This document shows, piece by piece, positions 39,324 through 51,623 of a DNA stretch of 64,000 nt. The DNA comes from an uncultured Acidimicrobiaceae bacterium (GTDB lineage Bacteria > Actinomycetota > Acidimicrobiia > Acidimicrobiales > CAIXPF01): the NCBI GenBank assembly GCA_963775055.1, contig CAVZHK010000013.1, forward strand, positions 424,249 to 488,248, written 5' to 3'. How positions within the stretch are numbered: the stretch's first letter is position 1; each line of letters starts with the position of its first letter. The notes beneath the pieces are model-generated. The model made no database searches. It was not told where the DNA came from and saw only the letters and a list, made by a program, of their open reading frames with translations. The position numbers were made by a program, and so were the translations under genes.

Positions 39324-40670
39324 CCGACGCGTTCCTCCGGCGCACCGAGAATGCCTTGTGGGCGGGCCAGCAACACCAGGATCAGCACCACCAACGCTCC
39401 GGTTCGCTTGAGATCGATGTAATCGGCGAACAACCACGCCGATAGCTCCACCGCCAGACCCGATGACCAGGCTGCCGACCAACGCCCCGAAGGCACTGCC
39501 CAGCCCGCCCAGTGTGATGGCGGCGAACATCAGCAGCAGCAGACCCGGCGCCGCGATCCCAGGCCACCTTCTGGTCCAGCCCCACCAGCACCCCGCCTAG
39601 CGCCGCCAACCCGCCGCCACCATCCACACCAGGGAGATCACCCGATTGGTGTTGATGCCGGTGGCCGAAGCCAGGTCAGGGTTGTCACTCACCGCTCGCA
39701 CCGCCTTGCCGAAGCGGGTGCGCAGTAAGAACATCGCCACCGCTACCAGCACCACCACGCACACTACGATGGATGCCAGGGTGCGGGGCGGGAAGGCCAC
39801 CGGTCCCAGGTCCACGGGGTTGGTCTGGTTCTGGTACTGACGGAGGGTCTCCTGGCGGGGACCGAACAGGTACTGCAACAGGTAGCGCAGAAAAATCGCC
39901 AGCCCGATGGAGGCGATCATCTGGGAGGTCAGCCCGATCCGCCGGCGACGCAACGGCCGCCACACGGTGCGGTCGAACAGGTACCCGCCGGCCACCCCGA
40001 AGGCGATGGCGATGGGCGCTGCCAGCAGCAGATGCAGGCCCCACGTGCGGTTGGCCACCCAGGCCATCACCGCCCCGAACGTGACCATCTCACCGTGGGC
40101 GAAGTTCGACAGCCCGGTGGTGCCGTAGATCAGGGACAGCCCCACCGCGGCCATGGCGATGATCAGCCCGAAGTACAACCCGTCGAACAGGGACTGGGGC
40201 AGGCGATCCCAGCGTGACGCCACCGTGCGGGTGTCCTCACCCAGGAAGAAGTTGCCGATCAGGCGCTGGCCGCGATTGACGCTTACATCCCGGCTGGCCT
40301 GGTCCTCGGGGACGGTGATGGTGGCCGGCAGGGAGTCAGCGTCGATGGCGAGCGTGTATGGCCCCGCCGCCGGGAGTGCGATCGTGTAGGACCCGTCGCT
40401 GGCGGTGCGGGTCCGGCCGACCTCGGCGCCGGTGTCATCCAACACGGTGATGGTGACCCCGCCGACGCCTTGGCGGACGGTCCGACTGTCCTGCAGGGTC
40501 TCGTTGAAGACCCTGCCTCGGATCGCTTCTCCCGCCTCGTCCCCGTCCTGGGCCAGGGCGGAAGCGGAGAACCCCAGCGCTGCCACCGCCAACACGCCGA
40601 GCAGCACGATGACGCACCAGATCGGCGCCGCCCCGGCGCCGCGCTGAGGTCCTGTCGGCCTGCGGATCAC
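39320..40670 (-). pseudogene. livH: branched-chain amino-acid ABC transporter permease LivH with N-terminal signal peptide plus Ig-like (carboxypeptidase-regulatory-like) ectodomain; at least 3 frameshifts in the 3' third
   Basis: GTG 40670 has AGGAGG 8 nt upstream. The signal-like segment IWCVIVLLGVLAVAALGFSASALA is followed by IRGRVFNE...GVTITVLDDTGAEVGRTRTASDGSYTIALPAAGPYTL. The LivH core is LIYGTTGLSNFAHGE. Frame breaks lie near 39625, 39560 and 39457. Confidence 0.75.
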
Positions 40671-40752
40671 GACGTGGGGCCTCCTGACCTGCCGGTTCAC
40701 CCCCTTGGATGAGCTGGCAGGAGTATAGGGGTGCCCGTTCTGCGACTGATGT

Positions 40753-42139
40753 TTAGTCGTCTCCGACCCGGAAGATCTCGGCCTGGCCGGTCGCCAACTT
40801 GTTGTCCGGGCCGATCGGGAAACGGGCGAAGGTGACGGCGCTGGCCAGGTTGTCCCCATCGAGGCGGTAGGGGCCACCCTCGCCCCGGTAGGTGAGCGTG
40901 TCACGGCCAGAGGCCAGCACCGCCAGGCAGGCCGGACCATCAGCGCAGACCTCGCCCTGCGCGGCGGCGTCGCCCTTGACCGAGCCACTGACGGCGCCGG
41001 CGGCGTCAGCGATGGCCTGGGGGGCGTCGCTGCGGGCCCTGGCCGCGGCCAGCGCCGCGACCACCACCGCGTCGTAGCTCTCGGCCGCGAACAGGGTCCG
41101 GATGGTGGGCGTGGCGCCGCCGGCCGCCGGTCCCAGGTCGAGCTGGTCGGCAAATCCGTTCTGACGGCTGGCGATCTCCGAGCCGGTGCCGATGGCGGCC
41201 ACGCCGGTGAGCGCACCGGGCTGGGTGAACCGGCGGAACAGGGCGTCATCAAGACGGTCGCTGACCACGAACGTGGCCACGGCGGCCGGGGTGGATCCGC
41301 CCGCGATCAGCCCGGCCAGGAATTCGGCCAGCTCGGCGTAACCGATCAGCACCACCCGTGCCGGTTTGGCCGCCACCGCGGCGGCGATGTCACTGGTGTA
41401 CACCTCTGCCTCGGCGTTGTAGCGCTGCACCGTGGCGTCCACTCCGGCGTCTTTCAGTGCCGTCGAGCGCGGCGGCGGACACCCGCTGACCGAAGGGATC
41501 GTCACGGGCCACGATCAGGGTCTTGGCGTTGCCGGACGCCGCCACCTGCTCGCCGACCGCCTGGCCCAACAGTTCCAGTGACGGTGCCAGCTGGATGTAC
41601 GGGATGCCGGTCGGGGGTTCGAGCAGGGCGTTGGCGGCGCTGATCAGCACCGCGCCCGAACGGGCCACCTTGTCCAGCACCAACGAGGTCACGCCGGAGG
41701 AGGGCGGGGCGATGATGACGTCCACCAGGGCCGCGCTGAGTTGGTCCAGCGAGGCCGACGCGGTGTCAGTGGTGGCGTCGCCGGCGTCCTGGGCCACCAA
41801 CTCCACCGGGTGGCCCAGGACCCCACCCTCTTCGTTCAGCTGGGACACCGCCAGCTCCGCGGCGGCCAGCATGGCTGGGCCCAGGGCCGCTTGGCTACCG
41901 GTCGCCGGGTACAGCAACCCGACACGCAGCACGCCGTCCGCGGTCGGCCCGTCGGCGGTGGGCGCGACGCTGGTGCTGGCGGCGGAACTGGAGGCCGGTG
42001 GGGCCGCCTTGTCTTCGGACCGGCAGGCCCCCGCAATCGTGGCCGCGACGACCAAAACGGTGGCCATGGCCAGCGACGATGGGCGACGTTGGGGCCGCTT
42101 GCCACTTCGGGGAGGGGATTCGTTGTGTGTCGAAAGCAT
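40753..42139 (-). pseudogene. LivJ/K-type solute-binding lipoprotein (conventional domain order), one frameshift near 41470
   Basis: Lipobox ATIAGAC. GVLRVGLLYPATGSQAALGPAMLAAAELAVSQLNEEGGVLGHPV lies in ORF 41390..42139. The continuation STALKDAGVDATVQRYN...FAAESYDAVVVAALAAA lies in ORF 40753..41505. Confidence 0.8.
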
Positions 42140-42220
42140 GACGACCCGAGTCTAGGGAGAGGTGCCGACGGTGGGGTGCGGACTGCGGGCTGGCGGTGGT
42201 TTCGGTAGTGTCTGGAGCTC

Positions 42221-43042
42221 GTGAGCACCTTGGAACGGCTGCGGGCCACCCTCGAACGCGAAGCCGCCGTGGTGGTGGCGTTCTCCGGCGGGGTGGACTC
42301 CGGTCTGCTGGCCAAGGTGGCCCATGACACCCTGGGACCGCAACGCTGCCTGGTGGCCACGGCGGTGTCACCGTCGTTGGCCGCTGACGAGCGGGCGGTC
42401 TGTGCCGAGTTGGCCGCCGCCTGGGGCCTGCGCTGGATCGAGGTGCCGACCGACGAGATGGAGCGCGCCGCCTACCGCCACAACGACGGTGATCGCTGCT
42501 ACCACTGCAAGAGCGCCCTGATGGATGCCCTGGAGCCCCTGGCGGCGGAACTTTGCGCCACTGTGGTCTTGGGCGTGAATGCCGATGACCTGGGCGATCA
42601 CCGACCGGGCCAGCGCGCCGCGGCCGAGCGGGGGGCCCGTTTCCCGTTGCTCGATGCGGGGCTGGACAAAGCCGCGGTCCGTCGCCTGTCCCGGGAGTTG
42701 GGACTGCCCATCTGGGACAAGCCGGCGGCGGCCTGCTTGGCGTCGAGGCTGCCCTACGGCACCGAGGTGTCCGTGGCGTTGCTGGGCCGGGTCGACCGGG
42801 TGGAGGCGGGGCTGCATCGGTTGGGTTTCACCGCCCTTCGGGTACGCCACTACGGGGACACCGCCCGCATCGAGGTGCCGCTGGCGGACCTCGGCGCGCT
42901 GCTCGAACGGCGGGAGGAGGTGGTGGCCCTGGTGAAGGACGGGGGGTACCGCTACGTCACGGTGGACCTGGAGGGGTTGCGCTCGGGCAATCTCAACGCC
43001 GCTCTCATCGATCCGGTCAGGTCCGACGGTGCCGGAGGATGA
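42221..43042 (+). CDS. larE: PP-loop ATP-utilising enzyme, LarE-like sulfur transferase family
   Basis: PP-loop VVAFSGGVDSGLL, conserved CYHCK, and AAACLASRLPYG. Confidence 0.78.
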   Translation: MSTLERLRATLEREAAVVVAFSGGVDSGLLAKVAHDTLGPQRCLVATAVSPSLAADERAVCAELAAAWGLRWIEVPTDEMERAAYRHNDGDRCYHCKSALMDALEPLAAELCATVVLGVNADDLGDHRPGQRAAAERGARFPLLDAGLDKAAVRRLSRELGLPIWDKPAAACLASRLPYGTEVSVALLGRVDRVEAGLHRLGFTALRVRHYGDTARIEVPLADLGALLERREEVVALVKDGGYRYVTVDLEGLRSGNLNAALIDPVRSDGAGG

Positions 43043-43499
43043 TCCGGCGACGGTGCTGCGTCGCTACGGGCAGGAATTGGCCGACGCGGTGGACGAGGTG
43101 ATCGAGGCCTGGGTGTTGCGCAGCGTGCGAACCCGCTGGTCACAGTTCCACGGCGAGGAGTTGCCACCACAGCTGGCGGCCGAGGCGGCCCAGGTGGCGA
43201 CAGTGGCGCGCCGGGAGGTGGGCGCAGAGTTGCGTGCGCTGCTCGGTGCTGACCTCGATGCCCAGCGCAGCGGGCCACTGTCGGTGCTGCGGGGGGCGGT
43301 GCGGTTCCCCACGGCCGTGCTGCGCGCCGCTGGGGTGTCGCCGGTGGTGCGTGACGCCTTCGCCGAGCGGGCCTTCCCCGCGGACGACTATGACCTCAGC
43401 CCCGCTGCGTTCGCCGACGTCGACCCATCGCTGCACGAACCGGGCATCAGCTGGGGCGCGGCCAAAGCCCACGCCACACTCCAGCGGCGTCGCCGGTGA
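43029..43499 (+). CDS. hypothetical helical protein
   Basis: 156-aa ORF. The GTG start overlaps the larE end by 14 nt. Protein-like composition. No family recognised. Confidence 0.5.
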   Translation: MPEDDPATVLRRYGQELADAVDEVIEAWVLRSVRTRWSQFHGEELPPQLAAEAAQVATVARREVGAELRALLGADLDAQRSGPLSVLRGAVRFPTAVLRAAGVSPVVRDAFAERAFPADDYDLSPAAFADVDPSLHEPGISWGAAKAHATLQRRRR

Positions 43500-43879
43500 C
43501 CCCGCCCAGCCCGCCCCCCGAGGTCTATGACGACGGCTCATCGTGGCCTGAGGTTGCCGACGGTGCGCGGCTGGTGGCGTTCGTGCCCGATCTGATGGAC
43601 CGCTCCCGCATACGTTCCGCCCGTCCCGATGTGCGGTTCCTGATCAGCCCGGCGGAGCTGGACTCCCTTGACGTCGCCGATGTCGCGCTGGTGGACCTGG
43701 GGCGGCCCGCGGTGCGGTCCCGGCTGGCGACCTGCCCGGCTCGGATCATCGGGTTCGTGGCCCACGTCGAGGAGGACGTGGCGGCGCAGGCCCGACGTGA
43801 CGGCGCCCAAGAGGTCCTGGCGCGTTCGGTGTTCTTCCGCCGTCTGCGCGGGCCGGTCGGTCACCCGGAAACGGGGTAG
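43496..43879 (+). CDS. hypothetical protein (alternating beta/alpha pattern)
   Basis: 127-aa ORF. GTGA overlap with the preceding ORF. No family recognised. Confidence 0.45.
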   Translation: MTPPSPPPEVYDDGSSWPEVADGARLVAFVPDLMDRSRIRSARPDVRFLISPAELDSLDVADVALVDLGRPAVRSRLATCPARIIGFVAHVEEDVAAQARRDGAQEVLARSVFFRRLRGPVGHPETG

Positions 43880-43928
43880 CGCTGGTCGCATGGGACCGCG
43901 GCGGCCGGCGGGGCTAGCGTCCCCGGCC

Positions 43929-45256
43929 ATGGCCGAACGTCTCATCGTCATCGGCGGGGACGGCGCCGGCATGGCGGCAGCCTCCGTGGCTCGCCGCCGT
44001 CGGGCCGACCTGGAGATCGTGGCGCTCGAAAAGGGGACCTACACGTCCTATTCGGCGTGCGGCATCCCCTACGTGGTCGGCGGGGAGGTCAACGCCCTCG
44101 AGGACCTGGTGTCCCGCACCCCCCAACAGTTCCGGTCCGAGCATCGCATCGACGTGCGCATGGGTCACGAGGTCATCGCCATCGACCTGGACAGTCGTCG
44201 GGTCACGGTCCGCGATCATGGCCACAACCGCGAGCTGACCCTGGGCTTCGATCTGCTGCACATCGCCACCGGTGCCCGCCCGGTGCGGCCGGACCTGCCC
44301 GGCATCGCCAGCGAGCTGGTCCACGGCGTGCAGACGCTGGACGATGCCGCCCACCTCCTGGCTCATGCCAAGGCCGCCCGCTGCGCCAACGTGGTGGTGG
44401 TCGGTGGCGGGTACATCGGCCTCGAGATGGCCGAGGCGTTCGTGCGCTGGGGCGCCGAGGTCACCATCGTCGAGGGCGGTGAGCACATCATGTCGACCCT
44501 CGACCCCGACATGGCGATCCTGGTCGAGGCCACGCTCGGTCGTCACGGCATCGCGCTGCACACCGGCCGAAGGGTCGAGGGGTTCGAGCCCGGCAGGGTT
44601 CTGACCGCGGCTGGACCCCTTGCCGCCGACCTGGTGGTGCTGGGCCTTGGCGTCACCCCCAACAGCGCTTTGGCCGGGGCCGCCGGCGTGGAGCTCGGCG
44701 CCGCAGGGGCCATCCAGGTCGACCGTCGCCAGGCGACCAGCGCCGAGGGGGTGTGGGCGGCGGGAGACTGTGCCGAGGTGTTCCACCGGGTCAGCCGGGA
44801 ATGGGTCCACATCGCCCTGGGTACCGTGGCCAACCGCACCGGCCGGGTGGCGGGCATCAACCTGGCCGGCGGGTACGCCACGTTCCCCGGGGTGGTTGGC
44901 ACCGCCGTGACCCGCATCTGCTCCGCCGAGGTGGCGCGCACCGGGCTCAGCAGTGTCGAAGCGGACGACGCCGGGTTCAAGGTGCGTGCCGCCACCATCG
45001 AGGCGACCACCGAAGCCGGCTATCTCCCCAGCGCCCGCCAATCCACGTCAAGGTCCTGGCGGAAGAGGGAACCGGGCGGTTGCTGGGCGGCCAGATCGTG
45101 GGCGGCCCCGGCTCCGGCAAGCGCATCGACACCCTGGCCGCGGCCATCACCGCCAGGATGAGCGCCGCTGATCTGGTGGATCTGGACCTGGCCTACGCGC
45201 CCACGGTGTCCCCCCTGTGGGATCCGGTCCAGGTGGCCGCCCGCCAGCTGCTGTGA
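43929..45256 (+). pseudogene. pyridine nucleotide-disulfide oxidoreductase (CoA-disulfide reductase / NADH oxidase-like), one frameshift near 45035
   Basis: LIVIGGDGAGMAAAS FAD fold, redox Cys in SYSACGIPY, and second dinucleotide fold VVVVGGGYIGLEMAE. The C-terminal PPIHVKVLAEEGTGRLLGGQIVG...YAP lies in the frame of ORF 44753..45256. Confidence 0.8.
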
Positions 45257-45298
45257 TGCCCTGGCCTGCCGTTTCACCGCCTTGCCTATGCTGTCCCA

Positions 45299-45368
45299 AA
45301 CCTGCCGCAACCTGCCCCAACTTGATGGAACCTGCCCCAACTTGATGGAACCTGACCACTTTCTGAAC
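45299..45368 (+). promoter_or_regulatory. 10-bp-phased direct repeats upstream of amtB (candidate response-regulator binding array)
   Basis: AACCTGCCCCAACTTGATGG is perfectly duplicated in tandem (45309-45328, 45329-45348) and flanked by partial copies AACCTGCCGC (45299) and AACCTGACC (45349). AAC recurs every 10 bp six times. The array ends about 60 nt before ATG 45427. Confidence 0.55.
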
Positions 45369-45426
45369 CCTCATCCGAACCCGGCGGTCTGGTCTCGTCC
45401 GCCCCAGCAAGGAGCGAAACCCCGCC

Positions 45427-47097
<1,671 letters not shown>

Positions 47098-47121
47098 GCC
47101 GCGCCGAAAGTCACCGCTTCG

Positions 47122-49432
47122 TTGCAGCGTGATGACCTGTTGGGTGATGAGACCCTCCAGGGCGCGGCGTTCTGCTCGGCTCACACCGAGCGCTTGGACG
47201 CGTGGCTGGGGGAGCTTTATCAGCAGGCCGGCGCCCCCGCCGAGGGTGTGGCGCTGGTTGCGGTGGGCGGTTATGGGCGGGGTGAGCAATGCCCCCACTC
47301 GGACTTGGACCTGCTGCTGCTGCACGAACCCCGGGTGGATGTGGCCGAGCTGGCCCCGCAGCTGTGGTACCCAATCTGGGACACCGGCCTGAAGCTGGGC
47401 CACGTGCACCCCCACGGTCAAAGAGGCGCTAAGCCTGGCTGACGAGGAGCTGGACTCTGCCACCGCCTAGCTCGATGTGCGCCTGCTGGCTGGGGACGTC
47501 ACGCTGGCCGATGAGCTGCGGTCCGGGGCCCTGAAGGTGTGGACCAAGGGCGCCAGCCGTTGGCTTTCGCAGCTGCGTGAGGGCCTGGCGCAGCGGGCCA
47601 TCACCCCCGGCGAGGTGGCCTTCGTGCTGGAGCCCGACCTCAAGCTGGGACGCGGTGGCCTGCGCGACGGGCACGTGTTGCGCTGGTTGGAGGCCCTGCA
47701 GCCCGGGTTGGAGGACGCCGACCGGGCGGTGTACGACGAGGCCGTGGCCACCCTGCTGCGGGTGCGGGTGGCGCTGCATCGACGCCTCGCCCGCCCCGGG
47801 GACGTGTTGCGCCTCCAGGAGCAAGACGGTGTGGCCGAAGACCTCGGGTATCCCGACGCCGACGCCCTCATGGCCGCGGTGGCCGCCTCCGCCCGGGCCA
47901 TCGAGTGGCTGACCGATGATGCCGTTGATCGGGTGTCCCTCAGCGGTTCGGGCGGCGGGTTCATGCGCCGCCGTCGGGAACGCAAGTTGGCCAACGGCGT
48001 GGTCCTACGCGATCAGCAGGTCCACCTCGATGCCGAGGTCGAGGCGGACCCGCCGGGAGCGGCCGTGCAGCTGCTCGATGTGGCCTTGGCGGCAGCCCAT
48101 CATCAGCTACGGGTGGCTCGTAACACCCTCGAGCGGCTGGCCGCGTCGCCACGGGCCTTCCCCGAACCGTGGCCGACGGAGCTGCGGGAGCGGTTCGTGG
48201 AGCTGTTGCGCTGCGGACCGGCCATGATCCCCGTGATCGAAGCGTTGGATCATTGGGGGCTGTTCGTGCCGATCATCCCCGAGTGGGAACCGTGCCGCAG
48301 CCGACCCCAACGCAACGCCTACCACCGCTTCACCGTGGACCGGCACTTGTGCGAGGCCGCCGCCAACGCCGCCCACCTGGTGGCCAGGGTCGACCGGCCG
48401 GATCTGCTGGTGGTCGGAGCACTGCTGCACGACATCGGCAAGGGCTACCCGCCGGCGGATCACACCGAGATCGGCATCAGCCTGGTGGGTACCATCGGCA
48501 CCCGCATGGGTTTCGCCCCCCAGGACGTGGCGGTGCTGATGGACATGGTGCGCCACCATCTGCTGCTGCCCGATGTGGCCACTCGTCGGGACCTTTCCGA
48601 CGACGCCACCATCACCGCGGTGGCCAACACCGTTGGTCAGCTGGGCACCTTGCGGTTGTTGCACGGGCTGACCGAGGCCGATTCGGTGGCCACGGGGCCC
48701 GCGGCCTGGGGCGAATGGAAAGCCGGGCTGGTCCGGGAGCTCGTGGACAAGACCTCCCACGTGCTGGGCGGGGGCGCGGTGTCCGCCGCCAGGGGCACGC
48801 AGTTCCCCACCCTTGAGCAGCTTCACCTGATGGTGGAAAAGGCCAAGGTGGTGTTCACCGACGAGCACACCCTGACCGTGATCGATGCCGACCGGCCGGG
48901 CCTGTTCGCCACCGTCGCCGGCGTGTTGGCCCTGTCAGGGCTGGACGTGCTGGCGGCGGAGGCCTTCTCCGATGACGAGGGCGGCGCCCTGTGCTCGTTC
49001 CGGGTGGAGTCCCGTATGGACGAAGGTCCGCCATGGGACAAGATCCGAGCCGACCTGAGCCGGGCCCTGCAGGGTCAGTTGGCCCTGCGGGCCCGGTTGG
49101 CGGAGCGGGCCCGGACCTATGGTCGGCGGCAGTTGCGCCACGCCCGCCCGTGGGCCCCATTCGAGAACAAGATCCTGTTCGACAACGACGCCAGCGCCGC
49201 AGCCACCGTGTTGGAGGTCCGGGCCCTGGACGCCATCGGGCTGTTGTACCGGGTGACCACAGCCATGGCCGAGCTCAACTTGGACATCCGCTCGGCCAAG
49301 GTCCAAACCCTCGGTGACCACGTGGTGGACGCCTTCTACGTCCTTGACCCCACCGGCCGCAAGATCACCGACCCGGCCTACCTGACGGAGATCGAACGGG
49401 CCCTGCTCTACACGCTGGCCGGCGGAACCTGA
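47122..49432 (+). pseudogene. glnD: [protein-PII] uridylyl/adenylyl-transferase GlnD, frameshift in a C-run (47409-47413) plus in-frame TAG (47468-47470)
   Basis: Nucleotidyltransferase [19 protein letters not shown], then [30 protein letters not shown] in a second frame. HD domain LLHDIGKG and two C-terminal ACT-like domains follow. Confidence 0.85.
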
Positions 49433-49453
49433 CGCGACGCGTGGGCGGGTACG

Positions 49454-50182
49454 GTGCCCCGCATGCAGCACGGGATGGATGACCGCAGCGGGCACGGCCC
49501 AGAGCACGTCAGCGAGCATGTGACGGCCCAGGATCTGATCCGCTGGAGTGAATCCCTGGCCGGGGTGGCCCGAACCGGGTTGGGCTTCACCGAGAGCCTC
49601 TACGAACGGGAGCGATTCGAGGAGATCCTGCACATCGCGGCTGATATGCGGGTCCGGGCCCAGGGTGAGCTGGACCCCCATCATCGGGTGGCGGAGTGGC
49701 TGAAGGGCGTGGGCCGAGGGGTGGCCGGATACGTGACCCCCAAGGTGGCGGTGGGCGCGGTGGTGGGCAATGACGATGGCGAGCTGTTGCTGATCCAGCG
49801 CTCCGATTCGGGAGTGTGGCTCTATCCCACCGGCTGGGCGGACATCGGCTACTCAGCGGCCGAGGTGGCCGTGAAGGAGGTGTTCGAGGAGACCGGCATT
49901 GTGTGCGAGGTGGGCGGCGTGCTCGGCGTCCTCGACGGCATGCGGCGGGGGTTCACCACCGTGCCGCTGTACTCGGTGGTGTTCTGGGGTCGGGCCGTAG
50001 GTGGCCGGATCGACCGTCATCCCCTCGAAACCCTCGACGCCGGCTTCTTCCCCCACCACGCCATGCCCGAACCCCTCGCCGGCAGCGCCAACATGTGGGA
50101 CCTGGCCTTCCGGGCGCTACGCGGCGAATCGTTCGACGTGGTCTACGACCTGCCCCGGGAGGAGGTGTGGCGCCGCCGCTGA
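49454..50182 (+). CDS. NUDIX hydrolase with N-terminal helical extension
   Basis: Nudix box GWADIGYSAAEVAVKEVFEETGI. N-terminal LIRWSESLAGVARTGLGFTESLYERERFEEIL region. Confidence 0.82.
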   Translation: MPRMQHGMDDRSGHGPEHVSEHVTAQDLIRWSESLAGVARTGLGFTESLYERERFEEILHIAADMRVRAQGELDPHHRVAEWLKGVGRGVAGYVTPKVAVGAVVGNDDGELLLIQRSDSGVWLYPTGWADIGYSAAEVAVKEVFEETGIVCEVGGVLGVLDGMRRGFTTVPLYSVVFWGRAVGGRIDRHPLETLDAGFFPHHAMPEPLAGSANMWDLAFRALRGESFDVVYDLPREEVWRRR

Positions 50183-50188
50183 GTGCGC

Positions 50189-51025
50189 CTACTCGTCAGT
50201 GCGCTCGCGAAGGAACTGCTCGACCTCTTCCACCAGCCCGCCGGGATCACTCATCTCGTCGTAGCGTTGCTCGAGCTGACGAACGAGCTCGGCGGTGTCC
50301 TCATCATCGGACACCAGCGTGTTCACCTGACGCTCGTAGGCCGCCGAGGCGATCTGCAGATCAGTGGTCGGCAGCCCGACGTCCAACATGCCGGCCACCT
50401 TCTCCACCAAGGCCAAGGCCGCCTTGGGGGAGGGCGACCCGTGCACGTAGCTGGGGACCGCGGCCCACAGCGACGCGGACACCACCCCGGCCTTGTTCAA
50501 CTCGTTCTGCAGCACCCCCACGATGCCGGTGGGCCCCTCGTAACTGGAGGTTTCGAAGTGGTGGCGGGCGGACAGTTCGGCGTCGGTGCTGCTGCCGTGC
50601 ACCTCGACCGGTCGGGAATGGGGCACGTCGGAGATCAGCGCCCCAAAGGTCAGCACCATCGACACGTCGAACTGGCGCACGACCGCCAGCACCTCGGTGC
50701 AGAAGGTGCGCCACAGCAGCGCCGGCTCGGTGCCGTCCAACAGGATCACATCACCCAGCTCGGCCACGTGGGCGTGCAGGAACCGATTGCGGGGCCACAC
50801 GATGGTGCGCTGCCCCTCATCATCGAGATGCACGCTGGGACGGTGGGTGGTGAAGTCGAAAAACGCTTCGGCCGCGATGTCCGCGAAGGGTTCTGCCCGC
50901 CAGCGCTCGGCCAGGAACCGGACTGCAGTGGACGCCGCGTCTCCCGCATCGTTCCAACCCTCGAACGCTGCGATGAGCACCGGACGCCGAAGCTCCGGTT
51001 CAGCGGACCAGCGAAGATGCTCCAT
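50189..51025 (-). CDS. PAC2 (proteasome assembly chaperone 2)-family protein
   Basis: RRPVLIAAFEGWNDAGDAAS N-terminus and 278 aa length are typical of actinobacterial PAC2-family proteins. Confidence 0.78.
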   Translation of the reverse strand: MEHLRWSAEPELRRPVLIAAFEGWNDAGDAASTAVRFLAERWRAEPFADIAAEAFFDFTTHRPSVHLDDEGQRTIVWPRNRFLHAHVAELGDVILLDGTEPALLWRTFCTEVLAVVRQFDVSMVLTFGALISDVPHSRPVEVHGSSTDAELSARHHFETSSYEGPTGIVGVLQNELNKAGVVSASLWAAVPSYVHGSPSPKAALALVEKVAGMLDVGLPTTDLQIASAAYERQVNTLVSDDEDTAELVRQLEQRYDEMSDPGGLVEEVEQFLRERTDE

Positions 51026-51120
51026 CGCTCTCCACCCTACCGGGGCTCCCTACGCCTCGCCGCAGACCCCCCTCGACCTCGAGCGGGATGGCGTCGGGCC
51101 CGGACTAGCGTGCCTCGGCG

Positions 51121-51552
51121 ATGCGCATTGTTGAAGCCACCGAGGTCACAGCGGGGTTGGTTGACCGCTTCGCGGAGCTGATCCCACAGCTGTCCTCCTC
51201 GAATCCGCCTCCCACCGCCGCCGCGCTGGCGGAGATGGTCGCCTCACCGGCCACGCAGCTGCTGCTGGCGGTGGACGATGACGGCACGGTGCTGGGCTCA
51301 CTGACCCTGGCGGTGTTCAGAATCCCCACCGGGTTGCGGGCCTGGATCGAGGACGTGGTGGTGGACGGCGCGGCCCGCGGTCGGGGCGTGGGCGAGGCGC
51401 TCAACCTCGACGCCATCGAACGGGCCCGCACCGCGGGGGCCACCACCGTGGATCTCACTTCCCGCCCCAGCCGGGAAGCCGCCAACCGTCTGTACCAGCG
51501 TCTCGGCTTCCAGGCCCGCCAGACCAACGTCTACCGCCTGGAGATCGGCTGA
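51121..51552 (+). CDS. GNAT-family N-acetyltransferase
   Basis: Acetyl-CoA motif A IEDVVVDGAARGRGVGEAL and C-terminal ANRLYQRLGF. Confidence 0.85.
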   Translation: MRIVEATEVTAGLVDRFAELIPQLSSSNPPPTAAALAEMVASPATQLLLAVDDDGTVLGSLTLAVFRIPTGLRAWIEDVVVDGAARGRGVGEALNLDAIERARTAGATTVDLTSRPSREAANRLYQRLGFQARQTNVYRLEIG

Positions 51553-51623
51553 CCCCTGGGTCTCTGGGCGAGGGACGCCCCCCGGCCGTCCGTCTGAATG
51601 GGGTAGTCGACTGCTGGCGTCGC

